Source of the DNA: a virus
IMG/VR virus record: IMGVR_UViG_3300031987_000007
Span: 1,704 to 65,703 of that record
Direction: 5' to 3' (one strand)
Length of the DNA stretch: 64,000 nt
Shown: positions 47,701 to 55,132 of the stretch, piece after piece
How positions within the stretch are numbered: the first letter of the stretch is position 1
Layout: every line of letters begins with the position of its first letter
Program-made: the position numbers and the translations under genes
The notes under the pieces: generated by a model
What the model saw: the letters and a program-made list of their open reading frames with translations, nothing else
What the model was told of the DNA's origin: nothing
The model's database searches: none

Positions 47701-49511
47701 AGGAAATCTACAACCCACACCATTCGGTAGTGGCGGCGGATTCCGTAGACGGAGAAGCCCTGGAAAAAGCCGGGTACAGTAAAGGTGCTGAGGTGCCTCG
47801 TGATCCGGCAGATCCTGACCAGACTGTGAAGCACTTGTATATGACTCGGGATGGCGGTCTGCAAGGCTTTGTGACTGGCTCCATCTCGTATACTGGCTCA
47901 CGCGCCAAGGGCAGTAAGTTACACAGCGGACTGACTCGGGTGACCGAAGAAGGGGTCCACAGGAAGAACCAGAAAACCAACGCCGAGATTCAGCAGAACA
48001 AGGCAGCAGCCATTGCCTCACTGAATACGCCGGGTGCGTTCGCCAGGGCCAAGAAGGATGCTCAAGGTAATCTGGTCCCCATCGTGAACCCGGCTGGTGA
48101 TGTGGTGAACTACCGGTATTTGATGTCTGAGGGAAACAAGGATTCTTTATTGGATCGTGACCTGCGGGTAGACAATGTGATGGGAGCCATGGCCGGTAGC
48201 ATCTACGACAAGCCGAAGTCTGCGGACCAGAACCGGGAAGTGATCCAGGCGTTGAAGGATCAATTTGACGCAGAAGGGGCCAACAACCCCAACGCTTACA
48301 TGGAGTTCTCCCCAGACAGTGACGATCTACAGATCCGTGAGACCTATGCCCTGTTGCCGGACTCCACCAAGAAAGCCATCAAGGATACCTGGGGGCGTAA
48401 TGGTCTGATGGTTCGTAGTGATGTAATGGACATGGTGTTTGGATATCGTAAAGCCAGCCTGGCCAACGTGTACGATCGACAGGCAGCCCATGATGGCATT
48501 ATGGATGAACTGACTAATGGGCTGGCCAATGCGTTTGTTACCGGCACCACAGCGGTGTTTGGAGACAAAGCAGCGTACCGTATCCGACAAGGTGAGGATG
48601 TCTGGCAAGAATTGGTCAAAGAGCTGAAAGACATCTACGTGATTAAAAACTTGTGGACCTTACTGGGTAACATTTCCAGTAACGTCAGCCTATTGCTCTG
48701 GCACGGGGTTTCACCCTCGGATCTGGTTCGGGACCACAAGATCGCTATTGAAGGATTGCTCAACTACCAACGCAACCATGAAGAACTCATGAAGCTAGAG
48801 CGTCTCCGGGATACCGGAACATTCTCAGGTAACCAGAGTGACGTTGATCAACGGATTCTGGAGTTACAACACAGCATGAACAACAACCCGGTTAAAGAGT
48901 TGTTGGATGCCGGTCAGTTCCAGACCATCATCGAAGACATTGATGCGGAAACCGATCAGTTTTCCTACAAGTCGAAACTGGTGGACTGGACTGAAAACAA
49001 GACAGCGAAGCTACCCAGTTCAGTGAAGACAGCCGGTAAAACATTGTTCATGGCCCATGACACACCATTGTACAAGCTGCTTCACCGCAGCACGGCCATG
49101 AGTGACTTTGTGGGTCGGTACACGTTGTATCAGCACCTGACCACCAAAGCATCGAAAGGGAAGGAGCCCATGGAAAAAGGCGAAGCCATGCACAAGATCA
49201 AACAGGCCTTCGTCAACTATGACGTACCGACACACCGGACTCTGCAATACCTGAATGACACTGGTTTGGTGTTCTTCACTAAGTATTACATGCGAATCCA
49301 ACGTGTCTTGATGGAGCTGTACCAGGATAAGCCGGTGAGGGCCTTGCTAATGATCCTGTTCTCCCAGTTTGTGAGTAACGTTCCAGCGGTACAGGACTCG
49401 GCGTTCTTTGGTCGGATCGGAAATAACCCATTCGACACTGGCGCCCTGGGATTGCCAGGTGGGTTGGATGAAACGATCGTGATGCAAACGGCACTGAGTC
49501 CGTTCAACTAA
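38769..49511 (+). CDS. Virion-encapsidated RNA polymerase (N4 gp50)
   Basis: 3580 aa, Cys-free; motif A EGDGVTNGP, motif B RKRVKTPLTAMVFG, motif C NVHDA; C-terminal FVNYD.PT. Confidence 0.97.
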   Translation: MSEFNASRYFDNLAAKEADTTLSPNAWQGVQNRLTKKQQDVAETSRRKVEAMRENERTVNQQDQWDSVAGDLGTGSDIVRETVEGGVKGVGAVFGGIGDGIEAAGKGIEDVLGAVGLGDEVQAANEFLGGLGVNAPSEGFQGVENWMNQGAENIDQSQDMDYRQSLIDSTPGGDVTDPSTWTLGENPSAEGYAGHIAGIIGGFAPQAATLLAGSPTRVATAMATVGGAQVGGSQANEAETRIKAASQEELSQIGMYQDLIKEGVSHEDAVEQTSKAAGAAAFMAAAPVGAVGGAATSYILGPLQKQLAGNIAGRTAGSVALSGTEEATQEVSETVAARAGVNAAIGDDQDLTADTFADALLGGGFGAGLGVAGTTASELQRAGQKRADKEDKKAAERRATNGTISELMAAGDVDTLVDPEAGKRFKAEDVAQAAVVASTTAELDQEVQNNGKKILPKIGERLETELENLKADEALRSPEAETKNKGLLKKAQQLKARETKAGNSVGVEQANEMIGQLTEELKATRDEDKAVKKERTDRIEAMESAIARVNVAQRNLSANASKSVDVDSLISIVETPETDAVEKSSAAQEIITQAMANPDVLTEDTALRLADDSANGLTEKQRGYLRSLSQSKVAANELKDYTDVVKDIFSANPSTGFKSLPQYRSSVQRGLTNGSTDRVAAELAQLGRFSESHQAKAALARQAFDGMEPGQKQAQIVHRDGGWEMNTGKPMSDKQLRENGGLSISTGSQRLVEGIEREAQVIEAARQELEAATAVTTPTEQPEAVSDNETADVDAQADQNADQETENETDQTQSDQPAEEATAPETSTEAEPETGTVTSAEPERASEDTEVRDRADDGTRDFGTTVEGRGGDTGREESVEPEAPAKSVLFVDQGTFEPYIGQTTVTEFTSMNLVQAYFTTKKGLPLTANKDFLSETLATNLDNPEALPVEFSDRNDTRDKQQGLVRYFAETATKWNQTVDALFQDKKRKDFRHENLVTFFAENGQLDENTKTAISTAAFTWAVENGNDLWYNDEDAIRKILGLGPQDVVTDNDRLLVGDVGTRDKLVIQDLGQRVTQALGQRISKDAPINHQAQLEGAFGAIALAVLQEQGYVQRIARQNAAFGTDQVNEEGKLPLNWFVRSNRITDSEGNTQFNPMITGLTDRAKGTQQIVHDLFRVESQKTGPVDTAPKKVQDTTRRTDQKVPKEQRKILEAAMAQEHWLRADMLDAETGILNKLPRALVDAISGVEATEDRLIHKANRSSLDAKNESIVRGNDYMYELANDRSDRMDQPFFFDRSVWRQQRVGIKSNTFNPQASKVHRFVIKMVGWDYDVPVALTGESGQRFKLAVLESLGVKTDKQGNAKSLGQWDTTVNDPEVRAAVEALKKFSTGQTTTQADQDAILAGVQRGGEDFHSFDGLWHLAQVELAETTGETNFTATLVREGDGVTNGPMFAQLQTGALFGRDGMGAKGGFFTKADAVQDYGVWAQEGSNHDLYETLANAVAEKMEGQRSVDSGSEPFYNFLDKILGQFRDVDTDAVTGKGRKRVKTPLTAMVFGAGKEKSIANMGHEFVDLIYDNIQDILDTHDNDRDARASIETLFSELNGFLPKSQQIGIRPTRKNAADLEFSAGQRETLVGLFEGTIGQHIDNALEDQYGEFLSRRKRLNDAAGLSFKLYKLVYDAERRAMMQELEGAGTMPVNKKGEPLQDLTKAQEQELNKRVEALSPLVHTALSKGGSRDAGLKMAKIQRSMAPADQPRWNGKVTFKKHVPLNADANVDTLHKSVRKDSRKEMDFRAVVQEETDPGVAPLIMLIHSMDSAIISRVYKNANILNVHDAAIGSPEQLETVMRSMNQETLNALIEYSVPEEVMQALYHTLLSFNERAGDFEQDAQFQADYKALKKELKAEPGEKAGELLKAATDMDQEAMQWAQDLEYVNQYGYEGSAYHVQDSDRQRIKDRLKTPMKDRIIARLGKAKLANPEQVSGDLARYLEKQEAAFVAQVEAGNNMTASQRNEVRVLRLVNEVFIQTGDLNQALGRVLPGTKNKAERGRLRGQLIQILGSNNAKRRDVRHAPAGRVVDMIQSAEAGSWLSESVKADLGRVKEALLENPMDVAGTLRASTRTDADHAAVMAYLQRAYNGRRETSWGTLGTPRSNSSEALVQAMTQTPVMKAKDLYPHLRKALQEMPKGPSRSALGQVLLELRDRIDPELEVRYITQDTPASLAPESVTGARGFFHQGEGGRYIAVKGPDFVESNLTPELLAHELIHSVVSADIKKELAAQKRNKNHKSNLTPLVNDLERVRQKAEELVVNDTALQAKYGNAVKDVDEMVAWGMSNAGFQQEVLSQFEVETQTQNNRFVTGMQSFIKTLANILFRKSATPAQQNGLNVVINNASGLFAAVADSKATTVEVTAKQETPDPFGEVDKYTTEDIYNALDGEPDGRLQSVMDQVITHLHGPYGGIKALVDRQTGNTAEDVYLNAMITGELPFASRAIASGLVLSDKQAFVLEQSEVTMQTLMDGKSLASKDMVRLFRKTRSELSAKDFHDGDWALATDTEKAKAHQTYDFIFKLNATDTESRSDHLSRFAALALTYPPLYQKMNFPVTPEQGSSSAKMGERIQSWFNDQVQRFANEINKTYSGQEGRARMDALVKRLVQIEARKKAKIASGKVSLLDQIEEANNNAAGSVRSRVANLARSERFSNSDSPIVRAASKTTALGAENRLGELLNTMEDFRNSRFPGRQGLAASAMSEVRGTTESNKVFHELLNEAGKNERERKQRIESVKQQILESFGEDGESLTDTQRSDLTRVLLKTDLSALLADDRFTVKQLTNLVDNTQNLDTTIAEAEGDLAALGPNAAYYKNAAEALGHFMATGEVLSPNLMLNVHNIANKVGMSDANTVAPQDVEAAKAILDPLVSLYALRATGQTQQQTVKRLMQHQQERGQQSGVFFMLKLHQSMKDEAKRELFDNDPALFTKGYIKEIYNPHHSVVAADSVDGEALEKAGYSKGAEVPRDPADPDQTVKHLYMTRDGGLQGFVTGSISYTGSRAKGSKLHSGLTRVTEEGVHRKNQKTNAEIQQNKAAAIASLNTPGAFARAKKDAQGNLVPIVNPAGDVVNYRYLMSEGNKDSLLDRDLRVDNVMGAMAGSIYDKPKSADQNREVIQALKDQFDAEGANNPNAYMEFSPDSDDLQIRETYALLPDSTKKAIKDTWGRNGLMVRSDVMDMVFGYRKASLANVYDRQAAHDGIMDELTNGLANAFVTGTTAVFGDKAAYRIRQGEDVWQELVKELKDIYVIKNLWTLLGNISSNVSLLLWHGVSPSDLVRDHKIAIEGLLNYQRNHEELMKLERLRDTGTFSGNQSDVDQRILELQHSMNNNPVKELLDAGQFQTIIEDIDAETDQFSYKSKLVDWTENKTAKLPSSVKTAGKTLFMAHDTPLYKLLHRSTAMSDFVGRYTLYQHLTTKASKGKEPMEKGEAMHKIKQAFVNYDVPTHRTLQYLNDTGLVFFTKYYMRIQRVLMELYQDKPVRALLMILFSQFVSNVPAVQDSAFFGRIGNNPFDTGALGLPGGLDETIVMQTALSPFN

Positions 49512-49525
49512 AAGGAAGTAGACAC

Positions 49526-49563
49526 AAGAAAGCCCCTGTACGAAAACGTAGAGGGGCTTTCTT
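49526..49563. terminator. Bidirectional terminator between convergent blocks
   Basis: AAGAAAGCCCCT...AGGGGCTTTCTT inverted repeat. Confidence 0.85.
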
Positions 49564-49577
49564 CTATGTACTGTAGA

Positions 49578-49820
49578 TCAGGTCCAGTGTTCTGTAGTCA
49601 TGAGAGCAAAGGCTACTACAAACCCAATGATGATACCGGAGGTCGCGCCTTGTTCACTTTTCTTACGGCCTATAACGCCGCCCAGTAAACCAATCAAAAG
49701 GGCAGAGATCATGAAGCCCACAGATCCAGAAATATTGCTGGAGCCGGTGAGGCCTGTATGGATGAAGACACCGATGATGTAGAGCGCGCCTACAATAAGC
49801 CACTGCGTTCGGTTAAACAT
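49578..49820 (-). CDS. Small multi-pass membrane protein (80 aa)
   Basis: Three hydrophobic segments. Confidence 0.6.
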   Translation of the reverse strand: MFNRTQWLIVGALYIIGVFIHTGLTGSSNISGSVGFMISALLIGLLGGVIGRKKSEQGATSGIIIGFVVAFALMTTEHWT

Positions 49821-49837
49821 AAAGAATCCTGTTGGGT

Positions 49838-49872
49838 AATAAAACAAAGCCCCGGAGACTCCCCAGGGCTTT
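49838..49872 (-). terminator. Rho-independent terminator
   Basis: AAAGCCC...GGGCTTT stem, then TGTTTTATT on minus strand. Confidence 0.65.
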
Positions 49873-49884
49873 GTGCTGCCGACA

Positions 49885-50079
49885 CTATTCGTCGTCGTTG
49901 TCTTTCTTGTGCTGGGCCGCTTCCCACAGGATGTAATACACCAGTGCGAAGACGCTGAGTACAGCGAGGACGACGGCCACTATAGCGGAGACGACGGAGA
50001 ATACAAACCCGCCGAAGAAGGACAACGCAGTGATCAGTGCGGCAAGTAAAGCCAGCCCGATGGACTTGAGGAAGGCCAT
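49885..50079 (-). CDS. Small membrane protein
   Basis: Long hydrophobic stretch, acidic tail. Confidence 0.65.
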   Translation of the reverse strand: MAFLKSIGLALLAALITALSFFGGFVFSVVSAIVAVVLAVLSVFALVYYILWEAAQHKKDNDDE

Positions 50080-50088
50080 ACAGCCCCC

Positions 50089-50475
50089 TTAGCCAAACAG
50101 GCTCTTGCTGTCCGTGGCTGGCTTTTCTGCTTCTTGCTCATCATCGTCGTTGGCCGATGCTTTGTCTGCGTCCGGAGTGAACGGAGGGGTGTCTTCTTCC
50201 TCTTCTTTTTCTACCGCAGGCTCCGGCTTGGGATCTGGTTTTGCCTTAGCTTTGGCCTTTGGCTTTTCGGCCGGCTGTTCCGTAGTTTCCGGTACCTGGG
50301 CCACGGACTCAATCGGTGCCTCGGACACTTCGACTTCAGCCGACAGGTTGAAACCGCCTTTACGGGCGACGGCAAAGTTAATTTCACGCACCGGGGTGGT
50401 GATGCCTTTGGAGGCCACGTAGTCTTTGATGGCCTGTTCGATATCGTCTTGTTTAATGCTGAGCTTAATTTCCAT
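50089..50475 (-). CDS. Conserved N4-like protein with acidic/Pro linker and KSLFG tail
   Basis: MEIKLSIKQDDIEQAIKDYV N-terminus. Confidence 0.75.
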   Translation of the reverse strand: MEIKLSIKQDDIEQAIKDYVASKGITTPVREINFAVARKGGFNLSAEVEVSEAPIESVAQVPETTEQPAEKPKAKAKAKPDPKPEPAVEKEEEEDTPPFTPDADKASANDDDEQEAEKPATDSKSLFG

Positions 50476-50504
50476 TGGTTTTTCCTATTGGTTCGGTGGT
50501 GGCA

Positions 50505-50999
50505 TTACGCCGCTTTGGGAATGGATTGGTGATACTTGTGAATGCCATAGAGACCGATGAACAAGGCATCGGCAATGGCCTGACCCTTGGCCTTGGTATC
50601 GAGGATACGCAAGCCAGGGAAGAGCTGAGTGGCTCTGGATCGGGCTATGTCTTTATCCGTCCCGATCAGGTTGGTGTGTTTCTTCCAGGCTTGGGGCGTG
50701 ACCATCGTGAGGGGAATCCCCATACCGGCAATGATGCCGTGGACAACGCCGGCAGAGTGACCAAAGGAGAAGGCCCGTGCGGCCCCGTCTTTGGGCATAC
50801 TGTGGACGTTCTCGACATAGGCATGGGAGAGCCCGGGCCACTTCTCAAGCCAGGCCACAATAGCCGCACCGTTGACGCGGTTCTTGGAGCCTATCTTGAT
50901 GCCTGGCATGAACAGGTGATCGACGTATTTGCCATGCTCATTGAGGATGACCAGGGCCCCAGTGAGGCCCGGATCAACGGCGAGGAACCCTCGACTCAT
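50505..50999 (-). CDS. RuvC-like Holliday junction resolvase
   Basis: AVDPGLTGA, AYVENVH, AFSFG, VTPQAWKK, ADALFI. Confidence 0.88.
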   Translation of the reverse strand: MSRGFLAVDPGLTGALVILNEHGKYVDHLFMPGIKIGSKNRVNGAAIVAWLEKWPGLSHAYVENVHSMPKDGAARAFSFGHSAGVVHGIIAGMGIPLTMVTPQAWKKHTNLIGTDKDIARSRATQLFPGLRILDTKAKGQAIADALFIGLYGIHKYHQSIPKAA

Positions 51000-51262
51000 G
51001 ACAGCTTTGCCTTTGCCGTAGAGCTTGGCTTGGCGGTCCCAGGTGGGATCTCCAGGTAACCCTCTTCAAAGGCTGCTTTGGGTGACCATGAGTGGTATTC
51101 CTCGGCAGTGCCTTTGGCGTAGACCACATGATAGCCAGGCGCCATCGGATCCATGTTGCCAAGATCCCGGAAGTTACGGACGCTGAGTTTAAACTCACCG
51201 TAAGGCATGGGTTCGGCATGGACCTGCTTGATGCACTGGTAGAATTTGAGGCGATCAGCCAT
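50996..51262 (-). CDS. Conserved phage hypothetical protein (DUF2829 N-terminus-like)
   Basis: V.AEPM...GY.V.Y...Y.SWSPK.AFEEGY. Confidence 0.7.
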   Translation of the reverse strand: MADRLKFYQCIKQVHAEPMPYGEFKLSVRNFRDLGNMDPMAPGYHVVYAKGTAEEYHSWSPKAAFEEGYLEIPPGTAKPSSTAKAKLS

Positions 51263-51329
51263 TCAATATTCCTTGGTTCAGTTAATGGCCGGAGCCGCCG
51301 TAGCAGCCCCGGATGTTATCGAGCCAGGA

Positions 51330-52073
51330 TTAACCGAACAGGGACTTGGTCGGCTTGGCGGTAGAACCACCACCTGTGGCTGCCGGGGCACCTGCAGAAC
51401 CACCGTTGCTGTCATTGGCAGCGGAGGCTTTGTTACGGGTCTGGCCGGTCCACTTCTTGTCCCAGGTGTGGTAGAACGCCGGCTCTTCGGCCTGGGCACG
51501 GATCTCGGCCGTGGTCATCTGATCCTTCTCACGGAAGAACTTGTCGATCTCGTTGGTTTCACGAGTCTCGCCGGTCGGACGGTAAACACCGTCATCACCT
51601 TTCTGGTTCTTATCCACGATCTGCTTTTGCAAACCAACAATGACACGCTGACCCAGCAGCTCAGTGACCACCTCGGCCTTGGTCATGACATCCTTGCCCT
51701 GGTCGAAGTTGTAGATGGCAATGGTCTTCTCTTCGGTATCGACTTCAGAGAGTTCTTTACCAACGGTCAGCAGCGCCAGTGAGTTGGCGTGGTTGAAACC
51801 AGGCAGGTACTTACGATCACCATTGGCGGTTTCGTAGTAGTTCTTGTTGCCTTTGGCATCGCCGGATGCCAGGCACAGGCCTTCCTTGTACTCACGACCT
51901 TCGTCGCTCTTGAGGGTCAGATTCAGGAACAAGGCACCGGACTGTTTCTTTTCCAGGTACGCCATGGAGACTTCCATCGGGTACAGCGCGGAGTCAAACG
52001 GACCACCACCGCCTGCAAAGTCCTTTTCGTTTTCAATGGATTCGTCGGTTTTTACTGTATTGAGAAGTGACAT
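51330..52073 (-). CDS. ssb: Single-stranded DNA-binding protein (N4 gp45-like)
   Basis: YLPGF..ANSLALL, ETNEIDKFF, TAEIRA; C-terminal KSLFG. Confidence 0.9.
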   Translation of the reverse strand: MSLLNTVKTDESIENEKDFAGGGGPFDSALYPMEVSMAYLEKKQSGALFLNLTLKSDEGREYKEGLCLASGDAKGNKNYYETANGDRKYLPGFNHANSLALLTVGKELSEVDTEEKTIAIYNFDQGKDVMTKAEVVTELLGQRVIVGLQKQIVDKNQKGDDGVYRPTGETRETNEIDKFFREKDQMTTAEIRAQAEEPAFYHTWDKKWTGQTRNKASAANDSNGGSAGAPAATGGGSTAKPTKSLFG

Positions 52074-52134
52074 AAGGTATTTCCTTTTTCGTTTCGATTG
52101 GGGTTAGGTAATCAGAGCTACAGGGACTGGGGAT

Positions 52135-52869
52135 TCAGTCCGCGTAGTATTCGTGAAGTCGGTCGAAGACCAACTGGATGTTGTTGTCGATGAAGGTTTC
52201 TTCGGTTTCAAACAGGCCCATGGGACCACGCAGCCGTTCGTTGACGGTCTCTTTGGTCAGGTCTGTCTGGAACACGTACTTGAAGCCCAGGGCCTCTTCT
52301 TTCGGGGTAACGGTCAGAAGGTCTGAACCATAGTCCTTGAGATCCTTCAGCTTCACTTTCTTGGCGGCAATGATGCATGAGAAGTAGCTCTCAATGCCGT
52401 TGTTCTTCAGGGCACCTTTGACCGGTACCTTGGTGTCCATGACCATCTCGGCTTCGTTGTAACTATCCAGGGTGTGGGCAATGAACACGACGTTCTTGGT
52501 GGAGTTGGCCACGTTCTGTGACATCAGGGTTTTGAAGAACTGTGCGAAATCGCCCCAGGCTTTCATGGTGTTTGCGGAGTTCAGTACAAACAGGGATTCG
52601 TACATATCCATCATGTAGGTGAGGGAGTCCACCACGATGGTATGAACGTCTGGCATGTTCTCGGCTTCATCAAAAGCCTGGAACACTTGATGAGGGTCGG
52701 TGATAGTGAACTGCTTGAACTTACTTTTGAACGGTAGTTTCTTACCGGACTCGGTGTTCAGGTAGATCACGCCTTCCGGGTTCTTGATCTCCCGAAGGGA
52801 TGCCGATTTGCCGGCTGAAGATTTACCACACAGTAGAACGAGATTGTCGTTCACATGATCCTGTGACAT
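52135..52869 (-). CDS. AAA/Sak4-like ATPase (N4 gp44-like)
   Basis: CGKSSAGKS, IVVDSLT, FIAH, GIESYFS. Confidence 0.88.
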   Translation of the reverse strand: MSQDHVNDNLVLLCGKSSAGKSASLREIKNPEGVIYLNTESGKKLPFKSKFKQFTITDPHQVFQAFDEAENMPDVHTIVVDSLTYMMDMYESLFVLNSANTMKAWGDFAQFFKTLMSQNVANSTKNVVFIAHTLDSYNEAEMVMDTKVPVKGALKNNGIESYFSCIIAAKKVKLKDLKDYGSDLLTVTPKEEALGFKYVFQTDLTKETVNERLRGPMGLFETEETFIDNNIQLVFDRLHEYYAD

Positions 52870-52892
52870 AGAGGGTTCCTATTTTTCTGGTT

Positions 52893-52918
52893 GGTTCGCA
52901 GAAGGGCCCGGAGGGCCC
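52893..52918 (-). promoter_or_regulatory. GGA-triloop hairpin element upstream of gp44/SSB
   Basis: GGTTCGC-AGAA-GGGCCC-GGA-GGGCCC. Confidence 0.45.
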
Positions 52919-52931
52919 CTATACACTGAGG

Positions 52932-55118
52932 TTATCGCTTGGCAATCGCCTTTGAGGCTGTGACCATCACAGTGCCCATTAGCTCTTGCTCGGTGAGGTT
53001 GTCGGGCAGCTTTTCGTTGAACGACATGACCTTGTTGCGGACGCCTTCAAAGTCGTACCCGGCATCGACCAGGATCATTGCGTAACGCATGATCTGATTG
53101 TTGCGGTTGCCATCCCCGGTGTTGGAAACGAACCAGCGTTCCAGGTTGTCCAGCGATTGCTGAGAGTCCACCACCTTGCGGCGTTCTTCGTTCTTGGCGG
53201 TCTTGGGAATGAAGGGCAGCACATCGAGCAATTCACCGTCCTGGTACTCGAAGTTGCCGTTATGGCTCATCCACTTGCGAGCCCGTTGGCTGGTGGCATC
53301 ATCGACCTCGAATGGGAGCCAGTCGTAGATGTTGTGCATGAACTCCTTGAAGTCCTTCGCATCCAGCTTCAGCTCATAGTTCATCGGGAGGATGATGCGG
53401 AAGCGATCCTGCCCGTTCTCACCGTGACGCTTGGTGGTGTAGAACAGGGCCTTGTAGTCTTCCAACAGCTTCTGAGCCAGGGCCATGGGCACACCGCCGT
53501 CCACATCAATGACAACCATGTTGAAGCCAGTCAGTGCGTTATCTTCCTGACGGTGGCCTTCGCCAATGTCGCCGGCTTTGAAGTGGTGGTTTACCCAGTG
53601 GATACCGGGCGCCTGGGTCATCTTGTGCATGACCTCAAAGGGCGCTCGCTCGTTCTTGTAACCCACCGCAATGTCCTGGCTGTAGCTGACAATCATCTGG
53701 CTCAGGTCGGTTTGCTTGAGTGTTTCGCCCCTCAGGAACTCAATACCGTCGCTGAACGACTTCTTGATGATGATGTTGTTCTGGTAGCCATGGGCAATGG
53801 CCAGGCTCATCATGTCCCGCTGTTGATTGGCTGCCTTGGGGTAGAACGGCAGGTCTTCGACCAGATCCGCCTGGGTCACATTCCGGTTGATGTTGGCAAT
53901 GTACTTCGCCAGCTTCACGTAATTGCGATCCCGGGTCAGGATGGCCTCAAAGGCTTCGCCGGATTCCTCGACCAGTTTCACCGCTTGCTCGAAATGGTCC
54001 TCTGTGATCTCCGGTGAGTCATCAACGAAGGCGTAGGCGCCGGCCAGTTTCGTGGCCTTGAAGTACCGGTGAGACAGTTCCGCACTCTTCATTTCTTCGT
54101 GTTCAGACAGCTTGGCAGCGGCCTGTTCACAGTTGAGGCGGTACAGGATAAAGAGCTTGGCCACACGTTCGGTCATCACCAATTTCTTATTGATGTTGAT
54201 CATGTCTGCCAGAGCTTCCAACTGATCCCCGACCTGTTCCAGATAAGCATCGGTGTCGTTGTTGGTCAGCAAGTCGTAGACCTGGTGAACGTCTGTGTCC
54301 AGATTGCGTTCATGGCCCTTGGCGTAACCAAACAGACAGCGACGGGCATACCCGGTATCGAGCATGGAATAGAAAGCCTCTTCCACACTGCTACCGTTAA
54401 GCAGCTTGGACGGTGTCCCAAACAACATCATGTTGCAGGGTGTCCGGCCGTGGAGGTCTTCTGTCCGCCGGTTCTCCCGGGTGTTCTTCACCATCTTGGG
54501 CTTGATCTTGCCTACGTCGTACATCTCCAGATAAGCATCCAGAGCTTCGGTCGCCCCGGTGAGGTTGTTGCCAATCTCGTCAATCTGAAGGTTCAGTGCC
54601 GCGGCGTCGGCCAGTTGAAGCTTGTGGCGTGCCTGCTTGAGTGCTGACTCGGTCCCGTTGTCAAAGCTGAACAGGAACTGGCCCTGTTCTTTGAACTCGG
54701 TGACCAGGCCCTGAAGCTCTTCGTCAGGATCGGTGGCGTTACGGGCCGCCCGCTTGGTGGCGATCTTCGGGAGGTTCTCCTCGGCCAGCATCAGGAACGT
54801 CTCTTCTGAGAAGCGTTCCCGGAACTGTTTGATCACCTGATCTTCCATGACGTTGGTGGACAGGCCTTTGCCGGCACCTGACGTTGCCAGGTTAATGGCG
54901 TACAGGTTCACCGGTATGTCGCCCCGGTCATGCGTCTTGATCTTGCAACGCATCATGGAGGCACACACGGAGAAGTAGTAGGCCACCAGAACCCGGAAGA
55001 ACAGTGGGTTGGTGTTCTGCGTTTTGTTGCACAGAATGGCAGCAAGCCTGTCTGCTGTGGGGTGGTGAGCCATCTCGTTAAAGGGACGGATCGTGAGTTT
55101 TTCGGGTTCGGTGGACAT
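52932..55118 (-). CDS. DNA primase (N4 gp43-like)
   Basis: SGAGKG.S, LQIDEIG, IDVDGG, YTTKRH..FRIILP, GNRNN; start at MSTEPE after CAGGAG. Confidence 0.92.
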   Translation of the reverse strand: MSTEPEKLTIRPFNEMAHHPTADRLAAILCNKTQNTNPLFFRVLVAYYFSVCASMMRCKIKTHDRGDIPVNLYAINLATSGAGKGLSTNVMEDQVIKQFRERFSEETFLMLAEENLPKIATKRAARNATDPDEELQGLVTEFKEQGQFLFSFDNGTESALKQARHKLQLADAAALNLQIDEIGNNLTGATEALDAYLEMYDVGKIKPKMVKNTRENRRTEDLHGRTPCNMMLFGTPSKLLNGSSVEEAFYSMLDTGYARRCLFGYAKGHERNLDTDVHQVYDLLTNNDTDAYLEQVGDQLEALADMININKKLVMTERVAKLFILYRLNCEQAAAKLSEHEEMKSAELSHRYFKATKLAGAYAFVDDSPEITEDHFEQAVKLVEESGEAFEAILTRDRNYVKLAKYIANINRNVTQADLVEDLPFYPKAANQQRDMMSLAIAHGYQNNIIIKKSFSDGIEFLRGETLKQTDLSQMIVSYSQDIAVGYKNERAPFEVMHKMTQAPGIHWVNHHFKAGDIGEGHRQEDNALTGFNMVVIDVDGGVPMALAQKLLEDYKALFYTTKRHGENGQDRFRIILPMNYELKLDAKDFKEFMHNIYDWLPFEVDDATSQRARKWMSHNGNFEYQDGELLDVLPFIPKTAKNEERRKVVDSQQSLDNLERWFVSNTGDGNRNNQIMRYAMILVDAGYDFEGVRNKVMSFNEKLPDNLTEQELMGTVMVTASKAIAKR

Positions 55119-55132
55119 CGTGTTCTCCTGGT

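Noticed and set aside
51286-51300. GGCCGGAGCC as another GGA-triloop element
   Set aside because: Pairs only as a short tetraloop stem and lacks the TTCAC motif
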